Positions 14,177-26,379 of a stretch of DNA of 64,000 nt are shown piece after piece. The position numbers and the translations under genes are program-made. Source of the DNA: Octopus sinensis (taxonomy: Eukaryota); assembly GCF_006345805.1 (NCBI RefSeq), contig NC_043005.1:1116001-1180000 (forward strand). Direction: 5' to 3'. Below the pieces are notes generated by a model. The model worked only from the letters and a program-made list of their open reading frames with translations, was not told the origin of the DNA and ran no database searches. The first letter of the stretch is position 1; each line of letters begins with the position of its first letter.

Positions 14177-14211
<35 letters not shown>

Positions 14212-14421
14212 CTGAGCTGCTAATGTTGGAATGGTTGGCTAATCAGTATGAGTCCATCCTATCTCTTGTGTACACAGCTGAAAAATTTCATTAGCATTCA
14301 CCTGTGTGTGTGTGTGTGTGTGTGTATACACACACACACATATAGACACCACAATTACTACATAAACACAAGCAGATAGTAGACATATTTCGGTAGACAC
14401 AAATACAAGACCCATGCTTAC

Positions 14422-14478
14422 TCTGCCATAGACAAATGCATCAAAATGAGCAGATGCTGTGTACAAATGCTCCTTCAT
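14422..14478 (-). other. Candidate internal first exon with strong donor (AGA|GTAAGC)
   Basis: Reads MKEHLYTASAHFDAFVYGR| (phase 0) or ATG GCA GA| (phase 2). Lies in unique, TE-poor sequence. Confidence 0.3.
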
Positions 14479-16194
14479 AATCTTCACAATCCTCACACCA
14501 CTCCTCTCTCCAGATTGCCCCCCAACACACTTCTCTCCCCCACCACACAAACTTTTACAAATGTCAGACAAAGCTGGCTTCACTTGTGACTCCTCAAAAC
14601 CATCATAATTGTTAAAGGTAACATACTTTGACCCCTATAGCAAAAACCTTGTGTTGTTTCCTTCCCTGCACATTAATCCCTTCCCCCAACTTGCTCCATA
14701 AAAGCTTACTAAGAGTTATTGCCCTGTTGCAATATGATGTCACTTCCTGGCCAAATGCACACCAGAGGGATCAAATAACACCACCAGTTGCACACTTTTC
14801 AAACATTAACGTGTGAGAGCAGCTTTAAGCGTATTCCAGGCAGACAATCCAAAGTACTAAAATAACTGCTACAAATAACAGGAAACAAGTGTTGCTACTG
14901 TCACCTCAACCCTTCCATCACCAGATCTTTACTAAACAGCAACTATTTAACTGGCTTAAAATAGAGAAACAACAACGGAAGGGAAGGAGGTGGTGGGAAG
15001 GGACTAACGGTGGAGGAGAGAGAAATGACAGTATTTGTAATGTTAGAAGTTCAAGTTAGAAAATTGAGGTAATCTTTCTAGGAATATTTTTCAAGAATGC
15101 ATACTCACTCCATTCTATTGGTATAAGGCAATTAACTGAAGGGTTATTTTCAAACCCTTTGAACATATGCATACCTACAGAGAGGCCTAAACTTGATAGT
15201 TGAAAACCTGAACTAAATTTTGGGAATTTAGACACAGACACTTGATTCTCACAGAAAGAATAAATATACTCAATTTTATATTTTGTTCTGTGCTCCACCG
15301 ACCTTCTTACCTTCATTTGGCAGATGTAAACACATTACAGTTTTTAGTTTCATCTCTTAATGAAAAAGAATAATTTTACTTTTTGAAGAGAATCTATGAG
15401 AATAAATTGGCTTGGTCAAAAGAATTGAGTGTTACTAAAGAATGTGATGAGAAACTTGACAAACCATCTTTTAAAGGTGAGTCCATATATAAAGCCAGAT
15501 CTCTCTATCAGCATCTTCTAGTCATTGGTGATAGAAGTTAGATGGCTGTGGAAATTTAGACATTGGCATGGACAAGTGTATGGAGAATGTCAAGTGACAA
15601 CAGTAGATACTTCACTGTTGGCTCGATTAGGAATGAGAAGTCATTTACGGTTCAGTATGGGTATTATTGTTGTATTTAGGAACGGTCATTTTGCCAGTTT
15701 AGCCAATAAATATTGGTATTATTGCTTACAACCTTTTTGTCTTTCAGCTTCTTGACCTTATTACAGTCCACATGGTATCTGGGGGACACAGAAGTTGAGC
15801 AATGGTAAAAAAAAACAAGGACTTTTAACAAAGACGAACCATTATTTTGATGAGTTTATGTGCAGAAAGAGTTGAGATTCAAGAAGTTAGATGATAAATC
15901 TTGAATCAAATGAGCCAAACTTAAAGAGATGACAGTCAATGGTTTTCATTCTAAAACAAACTATGACTACTTGAACTGTGCTCCGTAGGAGGTGAAATCT
16001 TTCTTTTGTAGAGTCATGGAACCACTGCTTTAAGTTGGTCGCCATAAGACATCTTCAAATGAAAAATCTTTTCAAGATTAACAAACAGCTTACCACAGTA
16101 AACAAATTATTCAGGTTTTTAATTCCTGTGTTTCTGTTTTTTTAAAAATAATATTTTATCTGATACAATAAAAATGAGACCAAGAGGACACTCT

Positions 16195-16410
16195 TTTTAC
16201 TCTTTTACTTGTTTCAGTCATGTGACTGTGGCCATGCTGGAGCACTGCCTTTAGTCGAGCATATTGACTCCAGGACTTGTTCTTTGTAAACCTAGTACTT
16301 ATTCTATCGGTCTCTTTTGCTGAACCACTAAGTTACGGGGACGTAAACACACCAACATGGTTGTCAAGTGATGTTAGGGGGGACAAACACAGGCACACAA
16401 ACATATACAC
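16195..16410 (-). mobile_element. SINE family A, 3' half (split by RTE insertion)
   Basis: Reverse complement of 28170-28360. Confidence 0.85.
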
Positions 16411-18930
16411 ACTTGGAAGGACTGAAAGAACGGTGGTAGCAGGGAATTGTATCAGACTGCCTGAAGGGAAGCTAGGAGACAGGTATATTTAGCCAGAGGG
16501 GAAGCAGATAAGAAAAAATTTGCCAATGTTCTGCACCGTGAGGACAAAAGACTTGAGGTATTTCGTGTTGCAAGACAGTGTGTGAGAGAGAATCGTGATG
16601 TGGTAGGAGAGAAATGTGTTCACATGGATGATGGTTCACTTGCGCTAAGTGAGGATGCAAAGAGAGAGGTTTGGAGACGCCACTATGAAAGGTTGCTGAA
16701 TAAAGAAAATGAATGGGATAAAGAGAGTCTGCCGAATGTCGACCCAACAGAGGGACCAGCAATCCGAGTTGACAGTTCCTTAGTAGATAAGGCAATTAGA
16801 AGCATGAAAACAGGGAAAGCCCCAGGCCCATCAGGAATTACTGCAGAGATGCTCAAAATATCTGGTAGTGCTGGCTATAGCCTAGTCACCCGTATAGTTA
16901 ACCAGGTGATACACGAAGGAGTCATTCCCAATGACTGGTGTAGCAGCATAATAGTCAACTGCTACAAAGGTAAAGGTGATGCCCTAGATACAAATAATTA
17001 CAGAGGTATCAAGTCGTTGGATCAGGTAATGAAGGTCATGGACAGGGTCATAGCCCAACTAATTAGGGAGAGAGTCAGTTTAGATGAGATGCAGTTTGGG
17101 TTCATGTCAGGGAAAAGTACCACTGATACTATATTCCTGGTAAGACAGCTGCAGGAGAAATACCTAGCCAAAGATAAGCCCCTGTACCTGGCTTTTGTTG
17201 ACATGGAGAAAGCCTTCGACAGGGTCCCCTGATCCCTTATCTGGTGGGCAATGAGGAAACTAGGGATAGATGAATGGTTAGTGAGAGCTGTGCGAGCCAT
17301 GTACAGGGACACTGCTAGTAAGGTGAGGGTTGGCAACGAGTACAGTGAAGAATTCCGGGTAGAGGTAGGGGTCCACCAAGGCTCAGTCCTCAGTCCCCTC
17401 CTATTTATCATAGTCCTCCAGGCAATAACGGAGGAATTCAAGACAGGATGCCCCTGGGAGCTCCTCTATGCTGATGACCTTGCTCTAATTGCTGAGTCAC
17501 TATCAGAACTGAAGGAGAAGTTTCAGGTGTGGAAGCAAGGATTAGAATCGAGGGGCCTTAGAGTCAATCTAGCTAAAACCAAAGTCCTAATAAGTAGGAA
17601 GGTAGATAAATCACAAACGCCTTCAGGTAGATGGCCCTGCTTGGTCTGTAGAAAAGGTGTAGGTAGAAACTCTATAAGATGCACCAAGTGTAAGCTATGG
17701 ACACATAAGAGGTGCAGCAATGTCAAAGGAAGGCTAACTAGGAAGATAGTTTTTGTATGTGGCAGATGCTCAGGAACAATAAACACTGAAAATGCTCTGA
17801 GACCAACTTCTGCCACATTCCAGGGAGAAAAACTAGAAATAGTTGATAGCTTCCATTACCTAGGTGACCGAGTTAGTAGCGGGGGTGGGTGTGCTGAAAG
17901 TGTAACTGCTAGAGTAAGAATAGCCTGGGCAAAGTTCAGAGAGCTCTTACCGCTGCTGGTGACAAAAGGCCTCTCGCTCAGAGTAAAAGGCAGACTGTAT
18001 GACGCGTGTGTACGAACAGCCATGCTACATGGCAGTGAAACATGGGCCATGACTGCTGAGGATATGCGTAAGCTCGCAAGAAATGAAGCCAGTATGCTCC
18101 GATGGATGTGTAATGTCAGTGTTCATACTCGACAGAGTGTAAGTACCTTGAGAGAAAAGCTGGACCTAAGAAGCATCAGTTGTGGTGTGCAAGAGAGACG
18201 TTTGCGCTGGTATGGTCATGTGGCAAGAATGGATGAAGATAGTTGTGTGAAAAAGTGCCACACCCTAGCGGTTGAGGGAACCCATGGAGGAGGTAGACCC
18301 AGGAAAACCTGGGACGAGGTGGTGAAGCACGACCTTCGAACTTTAGGTCTCACCGAGGAAATGACCAGAGACTGAGACCTTTGGAAGTATGCTGTGCGTG
18401 GGAAGACCTGGCAAGACAAGTGAGACCTTAACCCATGGCCTCTATCTGGGACGTAGCCAGTCCACTTATGCATACCATTGCTTCTTGGGACACAAAACTC
18501 TACTTGTGAAGACCTGTTGAGGCAAGTGAAAATCGAAATCGATCAACATCAATGGAAATTGCAGCTGTCATACCAGTGCCGGTGGTACATAAGAGAACCA
18601 TCCGAACGTGGCTGTTGTCAGCGTCACCCCGACTGACCTCGTGCCGGTGGCACGTAAAAAGCACCATCCAATTGTGGCCATTGTCAGCCTGGCCTGGTCC
18701 CCGTGCCGGTGGCATGTAAAAAGCACCATCCGATCGTGGCCGTTTGCCAGCTCTGTCTGGCACCTGTGTAGTGGCACGTAAAATGCACCCCCTACACTCA
18801 CGGAGTGGTTGGCGTCCAGCCGTAGAAACATTGCCAGATCAGAGTGGGCCTGGTGCAGCCTTCTGGCTTCCCAGACACCAGTTGAACCGTCCAACCCATG
18901 CTAGCATGACGCTAAATGACGATGATGATG
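16411..18930 (+). mobile_element. 5'-truncated RTE LINE, ~2.5 kb; RT pseudo-ORF (YADD) with an internal Cys/His finger
   Basis: ORFs 16582-17232 and 17251-18375 carry RT motifs (QFGF, DMEKAFDRV, QGSVLSP, YADD). In-frame TGA at 17230 and 18373; true stop at 18421; (GAT)n tail. Confidence 0.95.
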
Positions 18931-18979
18931 ATATATATCCATGTTAGCATGGAAAGCGGACGCTCAATGATGATGATGA

Positions 18980-19145
18980 TACGACGGATTTCTTTCAGTT
19001 TCCATCAACCAAATCCACTCACAAGGCTTTGGATGGCCTAAGACTATAGTAGAAGACACTTGCCCAAGGTGCCATGCAGTGGGACTGAACCCAGAACCAT
19101 GTAGTTGGTAAGCAAGCTACTTACCACACAGCCACTCCCATGCCT
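18980..19145 (-). mobile_element. SINE family A, 5' half (tRNA-like head)
   Basis: Minus strand: gtggctgtgtggtaag A-box, ggttctgggttcagtccc B-box, ggcaccttgggcaagt; homologous to 27998-28100. Confidence 0.85.
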
Positions 19146-19299
19146 AGAATTTCTAAATGATCATCAATCTAAATATTAACTGAATAGTTCAAATTCTAAT
19201 TGTATGAAATTTATGTTTTAGGAGTAGAAGCTAAACTTTATTTATTGAAATATCAGTCCAGACATATATTTAATAAATTGCTTCTCTGCCTCAGTAGAT

Positions 19300-19515
19300 A
19301 TTGGTTTCAAATTTTGACACAAGGCCAGCAATTTCAGGGGAGGGAATAAGTTGATTAAAATGACTTCAGTCCTCAACTGGTACTTAATTTATCAACAACG
19401 AAAGGATGAAAGGTAAAGTTAACCTTGGCAGAATTTGAACTCCGAACACCAAGACAGATAAAATGCTACTAAGCATTTTGCCCAGAACGGCAATGGACTC
19501 TGGCAGCTCACTGCC
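19300..19515 (-). mobile_element. SINE family B
   Basis: Reverse complement of the family B core (ggatgaaaggtaaagttaacc, aatttgaactc). Confidence 0.75.
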
Positions 19516-20581
19516 GTTGTCTAAGCAGCTACTGCTTATTTAAATTCTAAATGCAGTTGTCTTTTTAGGAATAGGGTTCAGTGAGTAGTCGATCAGCTGA
19601 TGTATGATCTAATGTGGCTGGCAACAACAGGCAGGAAGACTTCCTTAACATTCCTTGTCAAAGTCATTCAAGCAGAAAGCAATGAATAATTTCTAAGACT
19701 GTGATAGAAAAGAGAGAGCAGGAAAAAAAAAAAGGTTAAATGGAGAGAGAGAGGGTATATGTGTGTGTGTGTGTGTGTTCTTTTACTGATTTCAGTCTCA
19801 CTGGGGTTCTGCCTCCAAGGATATCAATTCCTGGAAGGCAGTGGTATAAGATTTATTTCAGACCTATTGACATCGGGACATGGCTACTGACATAACATAC
19901 AGAACCCTACACACACTGAAGTCAGGTGCTATGTTAATAAGATTGATTCAATTTATATTTCTTTCTTTTTTGTTGTTTTGCAATGCCTTAGGATGAATAC
20001 AAACAAGTTTTAGTAATAGTTATCTACCAAACCATATTAAACTAAGAAATGGCAGTTGCTTTTATACAGATAAACTTTCAGAATTTTGTGCTCAGATCTG
20101 TTCGGGTGATTGAGTCTGTGTGCTACATGAAGAGACAAACATGGATTTCCATGAATGACTTGATTCCCAGCCTTCACATTACTTTCTGACAGGCGTCAAC
20201 ATCCACCTTGGACACTGTGCACTAAACCAGGTCATTTAAATTTGTATTCACTAGTTTATCTATCAACTTATCTGCTAGGCCTTCTTTGTTGAATTGCTTC
20301 TCTAACATTTCGGATTCTAATGTAGTTATTAGCCAAGTGACTACAACTACACACTCCTCTCTATCCATCTCAGCAAAATTAGAAATTGAGCCATTTCCAA
20401 TAAAGTAATAGCTGGCTATGTCCATCCTGTGTACAGGTAGGCTTCAGCACAGTTTTTGTCTGCTAAATCCTATGTACAAGGTATCGCTGAATCTGAAGCT
20501 ACAGCTGGTAAAGGTGCTGTGTTGTTGTACTGAACCCAGAACCACAAGGTCAAGCGATTTTCTTAACTACACAGCTATGGC

Positions 20582-20615
<34 letters not shown>

Positions 20616-21278
20616 GGGAGATAGCAAGCGAGAGAGAGAGGGAGAGAGCGAGCGAGAGAGAGAGGGAGAGAGGGACGGAGAGAGAGAGAGAGATCAACCA
20701 TTAATTGATGAACAGTTTCAGAATGTAAACTTTTCTATGGTATGTCTACTCTAGTCTCTGATATTCTCAAGAATCTGTGAATTATTCAAGATGCATTAGC
20801 TGTATTGCAGAGAAAAGTTTATTTGCACTCTATATATTGTGGCAATGCCTTGCCATTTGTATTATAACCTCCCTACCTCAAAGGTATGCTCTAGAACTTG
20901 CCACCATCTCTCTCTCTCTCTCTTCTTTTACTCAACCATCTCATTTGCATTCTGATCTCTGTCTCCTTTGAATATGCCCAGCATTTTGCCATCATCTCTC
21001 TCCTGCAGTCTCCCACTCTTTCTCTCCTTTTCCTGCTCTAGGTTAGGTACCCATGTATCACCTTTACAGCAATTTCTGTCTTCCTTTTCTCTCTCTCTCT
21101 CCCTCTATCTCTCTGGCCAGGTAACCATGTACCTGCCCTTCAAAAACCCTTCAAAGCAATACCCTAACATGGCCACATTCAAATAACTGAATCAAGTAAA
21201 CGATAAAACATAATCCTCAAACACCTATGTTCCATGGGAGTATGCATTAGTTTGACAGGACTAAGGACTGCATCATGT

Positions 21279-21319
<41 letters not shown>

Positions 21320-21324
<5 letters not shown>

Positions 21325-21480
21325 TCACGGAGTGGTTGGCGTTAGGAAGGGCATCCAGCCGTAGAAACACTGCCAGATCACACTGGGCCTGATGCAGCCT
21401 TCTGGCTTCACAGACCCCAGTTGAACCGTCCAACCCATGCTAGCATGGAAAGCGGATGCTAAATGATGATGATGATGATG
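21320..21480 (+). mobile_element. Short RTE 3' tail inserted in a (TA)n tract
   Basis: Matches 1020-1180; flanked by TA repeats on both sides. Confidence 0.85.
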
Positions 21481-23559
21481 ATATATATATAAACCTGCCA
21501 TAATTTTTAGAGTTGAAACAGGGACCAATAAGAGCTTTTAATCATAACAATTTTAAACCCTTTATTTTTTTTCAATGCTTTCGGCATTTTCATTCAACAA
21601 GTTTTGCCCAGCAAAGCATCTGCACCTAGAGGTACAAGTTCATGATTTTCATTCTTTTATATTTGTAATCAGGTTTAGAATTTCTATTTTGATATCAATT
21701 ACATTGGCATTGTCTTTTTGCAGAGTTCTTGGATAGAAAAGTAGGATTTCATGCCTATAAATATGTAAAGAATTCTTTCAATTGTGGGTAACTTTCACTA
21801 AAATCTGGTATTACCATGTTGTATTCCATTTCAGTAAAGTCATAAAACTCCTTTAGTTGTGTTGTGTGAACTGTATATATATGAAAATATTTGAACATTT
21901 TCACAATAACTGTTTTGGCAGCTGTCTGAAGACAGTAGAGCCAATAACATCAAAGTTTCTTCTAAATTTGGTTTTTAATGGGGTAAAAATGTTCTTACAG
22001 TTTTTGTTTTACACTACTAGAATCTAAGTTACATTTGTCTTCAAAAAATTCCATTAAACCCTGATTGTCAATAACTGAGATTTAGGAACTAATCAAGATC
22101 TCAGCTGTCTCACTTAGAACATTGTGACCTCCTGACCAGGATATACTATGACAAATAATGCAAGGTAACTTCAATATCTTCCCAGTGCACAGCATCTATA
22201 GAAATTATGATTAAGTTTACCCCTCCACACCATTGTTGAATCATTGGTATCACTACATTTAAAAATGTTGAAATTTTGTCTGTACTAGATGAAATTTTAG
22301 TTTCAAAAGTTTTCATATCAAATTTGAATAAACAGTCTTGAAAGTCATCTCATGAGAATCTATAGTGAAGGCAAAGGTGGCCTGTTTAGTAGCTATGAGA
22401 ATCACCAATCTGGTGATTAATTAATTTTGAAGTCACTTATGATGGTGGCTTAAAAAGAGAACTCAAATAGGGACCACATTTTTATCTGCCCATATGAGAA
22501 ACATTATACTTTTTTTTAAAGAGTAATTCTTCTTGGAATTCTTTCTGTAAATACTCTTTTATGGTCTTATAAATCAAAAAGTTCTTTCAATGAACCAATA
22601 CAAAAGAAATTTTTCAAATGAAAGAATAAAAAAAAATATGTACTGATATCATATAAATGTTCCAAAATGAGCGAAAAAAAAACCCCCAGAAAATTCAGTG
22701 AAATGCCAGTAGTTCTCTGTATTCGTGTACTGCAACTTGATCAGAAAAGCCACACAGCTCCCACTCCTTTTTTTTTTTTTTAAACAGTGAAATAGTTTCA
22801 TAATGAGTTTGTTAAAAACTAACAAATAACACTGCATTGTGCCTTTGTTGTCAAATCAGAATAAATATCAGAAGCAAAAAGTTTTTCCAGAAATCAGACA
22901 GAATTTCAAACCAGCTGAAACATTGGGACAATGTTGCTAAACTGGGAAATAGGGTAAACCTGTAATAGACATATAGGGCTTATATATATTTATACACACA
23001 CAATACACATATTGTTCAGAAAAAGTACATCTCCAGTACAGCTGGAAACTGCAGTTAAGATAGAACAGCCAGACTCGAAATTCTCAACATCTTACTTTAA
23101 CAAAGCTGCCTGATCTACCTTTAAAGGAACACAACTTCCTCCTGCAACCTTTTGAGATGCACATCCAAAGAGAAGTGATGCAGAAGCGTAGAAATGAGAA
23201 CATGTTTGAAAGAACACCATTCTAAATATAGATGAAATAGAATCTTTCATGTAGCAGAGACTGGTTGCTGCTGCTGCTGCTGCTAATCCAACCTTGACAC
23301 CAACTAATCAACTAACTTTGCCCCAACTACCACACCTGATTAGTAATGACGAAGAGGCAGAGAGAAGAAGCTGAAAATGTATTACAAGTCTCTACAAACA
23401 ATGTAAAATTCAGAGAAGCAACATAGTAAAGATTCAGTTTTGAAAATATGGAGGAGAAGTATTTTGCTTTTCTAGCCTCAATTTTATGATTGAAGTTTAA
23501 AACTGAACGTCGCCTCAAAGGAGGTCCTGCAAAAGGTGCAGCAACAACACTTTCTACTA

Positions 23560-23780
23560 CAGGCACAAGGCCTGGAATTTCGGGGGAGGGGGGAAGCTGA
23601 TTACATTGACCATCCCCCCAGTACTTAACTGGTATTTATTTTATTGACTCCGAAAGGACGAAAGGCAAAGTTGGCCTCGGCAGAACTTGAATTAAGAACA
23701 TGAAGGCAGATGAAATGTTGCCAAACATTTTGCCTGGTGTGCTAACGATTCTGCCAGCTCATTGCCGCCTTATTATTATT
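23560..23780 (-). mobile_element. SINE family B
   Basis: Reverse complement core (gaaaggcaaagttggcctcggcagaacttgaa). Confidence 0.75.
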
Positions 23781-24094
23781 ATTATTATTTTCATTAGCAT
23801 TTTCTTTCAATTCTGCTTCTATTTCTTGCCAAGTGTCTTCCTGACACCTAGGGCAGAGAAACGTACTGTACCCATTGGCAAGGCATCAAAACAAACACAC
23901 CAGATTGTTCATTTACAGAATCATGTGTTAGAGAAAAAGGGGAAGACAGAGAGAAAAAATAAAAAATAAAAAAGTAAACAAATAAAATAAAGGGGGAAGA
24001 AAGAAAATTGACCCTAACAATGCTCTTTGCAATATGTGTGACAAGTTACCAGTTAAGACAATCTTTTGCACTTCCTGCATTATTATTATTATTA

Positions 24095-24290
24095 ATTTCA
24101 AACTTTGGCCTGAAATTTTGGGGTAAGGACCTAGTCAATGACATTAACCCCAGTGCTCAACTGGTACTTAGGTCATTGACCCTGAAAGGATAAAAGGCAA
24201 AGCCGACCTCAACAGAATTTGAACTCAGACTATAAAGACGGGCAAAATACCCGTAAGCATTTTGTTCAGATTCTGCCAACTTGCCACAGT
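24095..24290 (-). mobile_element. SINE family B
   Basis: Reverse complement core and head. Confidence 0.75.
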
Positions 24291-24534
24291 AATAATAGTA
24301 GTAGTAGTAGTAGTAAAAAGAAGAAGAAGAAGGAGCAGGAGACGGAAAAGAGCAAGTTTTTTGATGAGAGGCATTGGCTGATAACATCAACCCCTACTTG
24401 ACTGGGATTTTATTTTGTCAAATGATAAAAGAATGAGGGATAATAGTAAAGGTTTTAGAGAACACCCATTTTAGGTATAGCATAACACTTACAAAATGTT
24501 TACCAGCACCCCAGAATCCTCTTTCTTATTTAAT

Positions 24535-24700
24535 GTCCCCTTTTCTCTGCTGGCATGGGTTTGACAGGAACCAATGAGCTGGAGGGCTGCACTGAGTTCC
24601 AATGTCTGCTTTGGCATGGTTTCTATGGCTGGATATCCTTCCTAATGCCAACCACTATACAAAGTGTACTAGATGCTTTTTTTGTGGCATCAGTGAGGTT
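24535..24700 (-). mobile_element. Degenerate RTE 3' tail
   Basis: ggatatccttcctaatgccaaccact is the reverse complement of the conserved tail motif. Confidence 0.6.
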
Positions 24701-25138
24701 ACCTTGCAAGACAAGACCCCCTAATTGAGTCGGGTATAGTACTGAAGCATGTGAAAGTATGATGGAGAGACAGGAATAAGTGTCTAGCCGAAAGAGTCAA
24801 TGCAGATTTTGTTTCCACACTTGGAATTTCAATTCTAATTCTACTACAGTTTCAGCTACAAGAAGAGGGTCAACAACATTATTTTATAGTCCTCTATTAT
24901 GGCCTAGAGGATTATGACAAATAGGAGGGGTACCACTAAATTTGTTGTGGTACTTATTGCCAACTCTTAGCTTATTGGCAACATCTTTGTACATGACTTC
25001 AACCACTCTCACCAGTCATTCATCAAACAGCTTCTGCAGTAACCAGCAGATCAAGAAGCCAGAAAATCTCATCTCATTACATCAGCAAAGCAGAAAGAAA
25101 AGACAAATTCAAAATAAAAATCTCCAATAAATACTTAC

Positions 25139-25381
25139 TCATCTGATTTTTCTGATTTGTTACTATCAGCCCAGGTCATCCTGGATTTATAATCACATGG
25201 TAACGTTGACCTTAAAGATCCATCACAACGATTAAAATTTTGGTAAGAGTTTGAGGAGCCTGCTGCAAAGGTATGAGACTTGGGTAGGTTCCGACAACCA
25301 TCGATGGTATTACGTTCCTCTGATATTGTACTTCTCGTAACACCACCAACGGTTCGCCGAGCGTACCGCTTGCTAGGTGAC
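25139..25381 (-). CDS. PTPN4: Exon, end of FA region plus linker: (R)SPSKRYARRTVGGVTRSTISEERNTIDG...SEKSD(E)
   Basis: Acceptor ttgttaatttccag, donor GTAAGT; 243 nt, open, phase 2 to 2. The junction yields RSPSK as in PTPN4 (FARSPSKPLARK). Implies a 27.8-kb intron (25382-53181). Confidence 0.82.
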
Positions 25382-26379
25382 CTGGAAATTAACAAAGAAA
25401 GAAACAATTCTGATAAAAGAAAAACCAAAAACAAGAATCAATTGTTAAAAACAGAAAAATGAATCAAATAATTAAAACTAACAAATGAAAATATAATTAC
25501 ACGGTCAATGGAAAACTGGAATAAATTTTACATGCAAGAAATCAGTTATTGATTCTACATTGTTCAAGTCTATAAAAATAAAAAATACAAACACATATTT
25601 CTATGCATTTATGATTTTTCACATGGGTTCAGAACTGGTTTTATTATAAAGTGGTGCAATAAATAGAAAGAGGACTGATCATAATGTATAATTATTTAAA
25701 TTACAAAAGCAGGGGGATTAAATGTAACGATTATCCTGGTTGGATCTGAATTGAAAAATATGAGACACTCTGCTAGATTCTATCAAGTCAACCTGTTTAT
25801 CATTTGCATCTTCAACTAGATGAAATTTGCAAGAAGTTTAAATGCACAAGTCCCCAATATCCAGAAGGGCACCCAGGAGTCATTACCTGGATGCTCCCCA
25901 GCCCCCTTAGGGTGTAGGAAGTTAAGGGCCAAAACACATGCCTGAGATGAGTTTCTCCTCTGAAGACCTGCTCTTCAGCTCTGTTGGGAGTCTTTTTTAC
26001 CACTTTGCATCAGCTCTATTAACTTTAATTTTTTGTAATAGAAACATGAAGCATTTGAAGCAAGTGATATTGTGGAAGACTGACATCAATGCCATTCCCA
26101 AGGACACCAACTTAGCAAGCAGTTCTAAGTAATAATTGAAACCATTTTAAGAGGAGAACTGGACATAAACACTGAAAGATCTAAGTAGACGGTTGGTGTA
26201 AGAAGTCCTCATGCCAAATGCAGACAGGTGGTTTTGTTGAACTCACTGACAAGATGATGAGTTTTATTAATCTAATTTTCAGGTGAAAATTAAAGGTGTA
26301 TAGACAAATGACTGAACTGTATTGATAAAATAAATGAAGTCTGGTTATCATTATAAATGTCAATAACACAATATTATTG

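Noticed and set aside
15311-15355. Strong donor AAG|GTAAGA with a nearby acceptor
   Set aside because: The phase-2 reading contains TGA; only a phase-1 frame is open.
17022-18473. Minus-strand ORFs of 64-139 aa over the RTE
   Set aside because: Antisense shadows of the RT ORF.
20222-20425. 67-aa protein-like ORF (LEKQFNKEGLADKLIDKL)
   Set aside because: No splice signals or family recognised.
23080-23540. Open minus-strand frames after possible acceptors
   Set aside because: Several frames are open with no recognisable similarity or convincing donor; cannot be supported.
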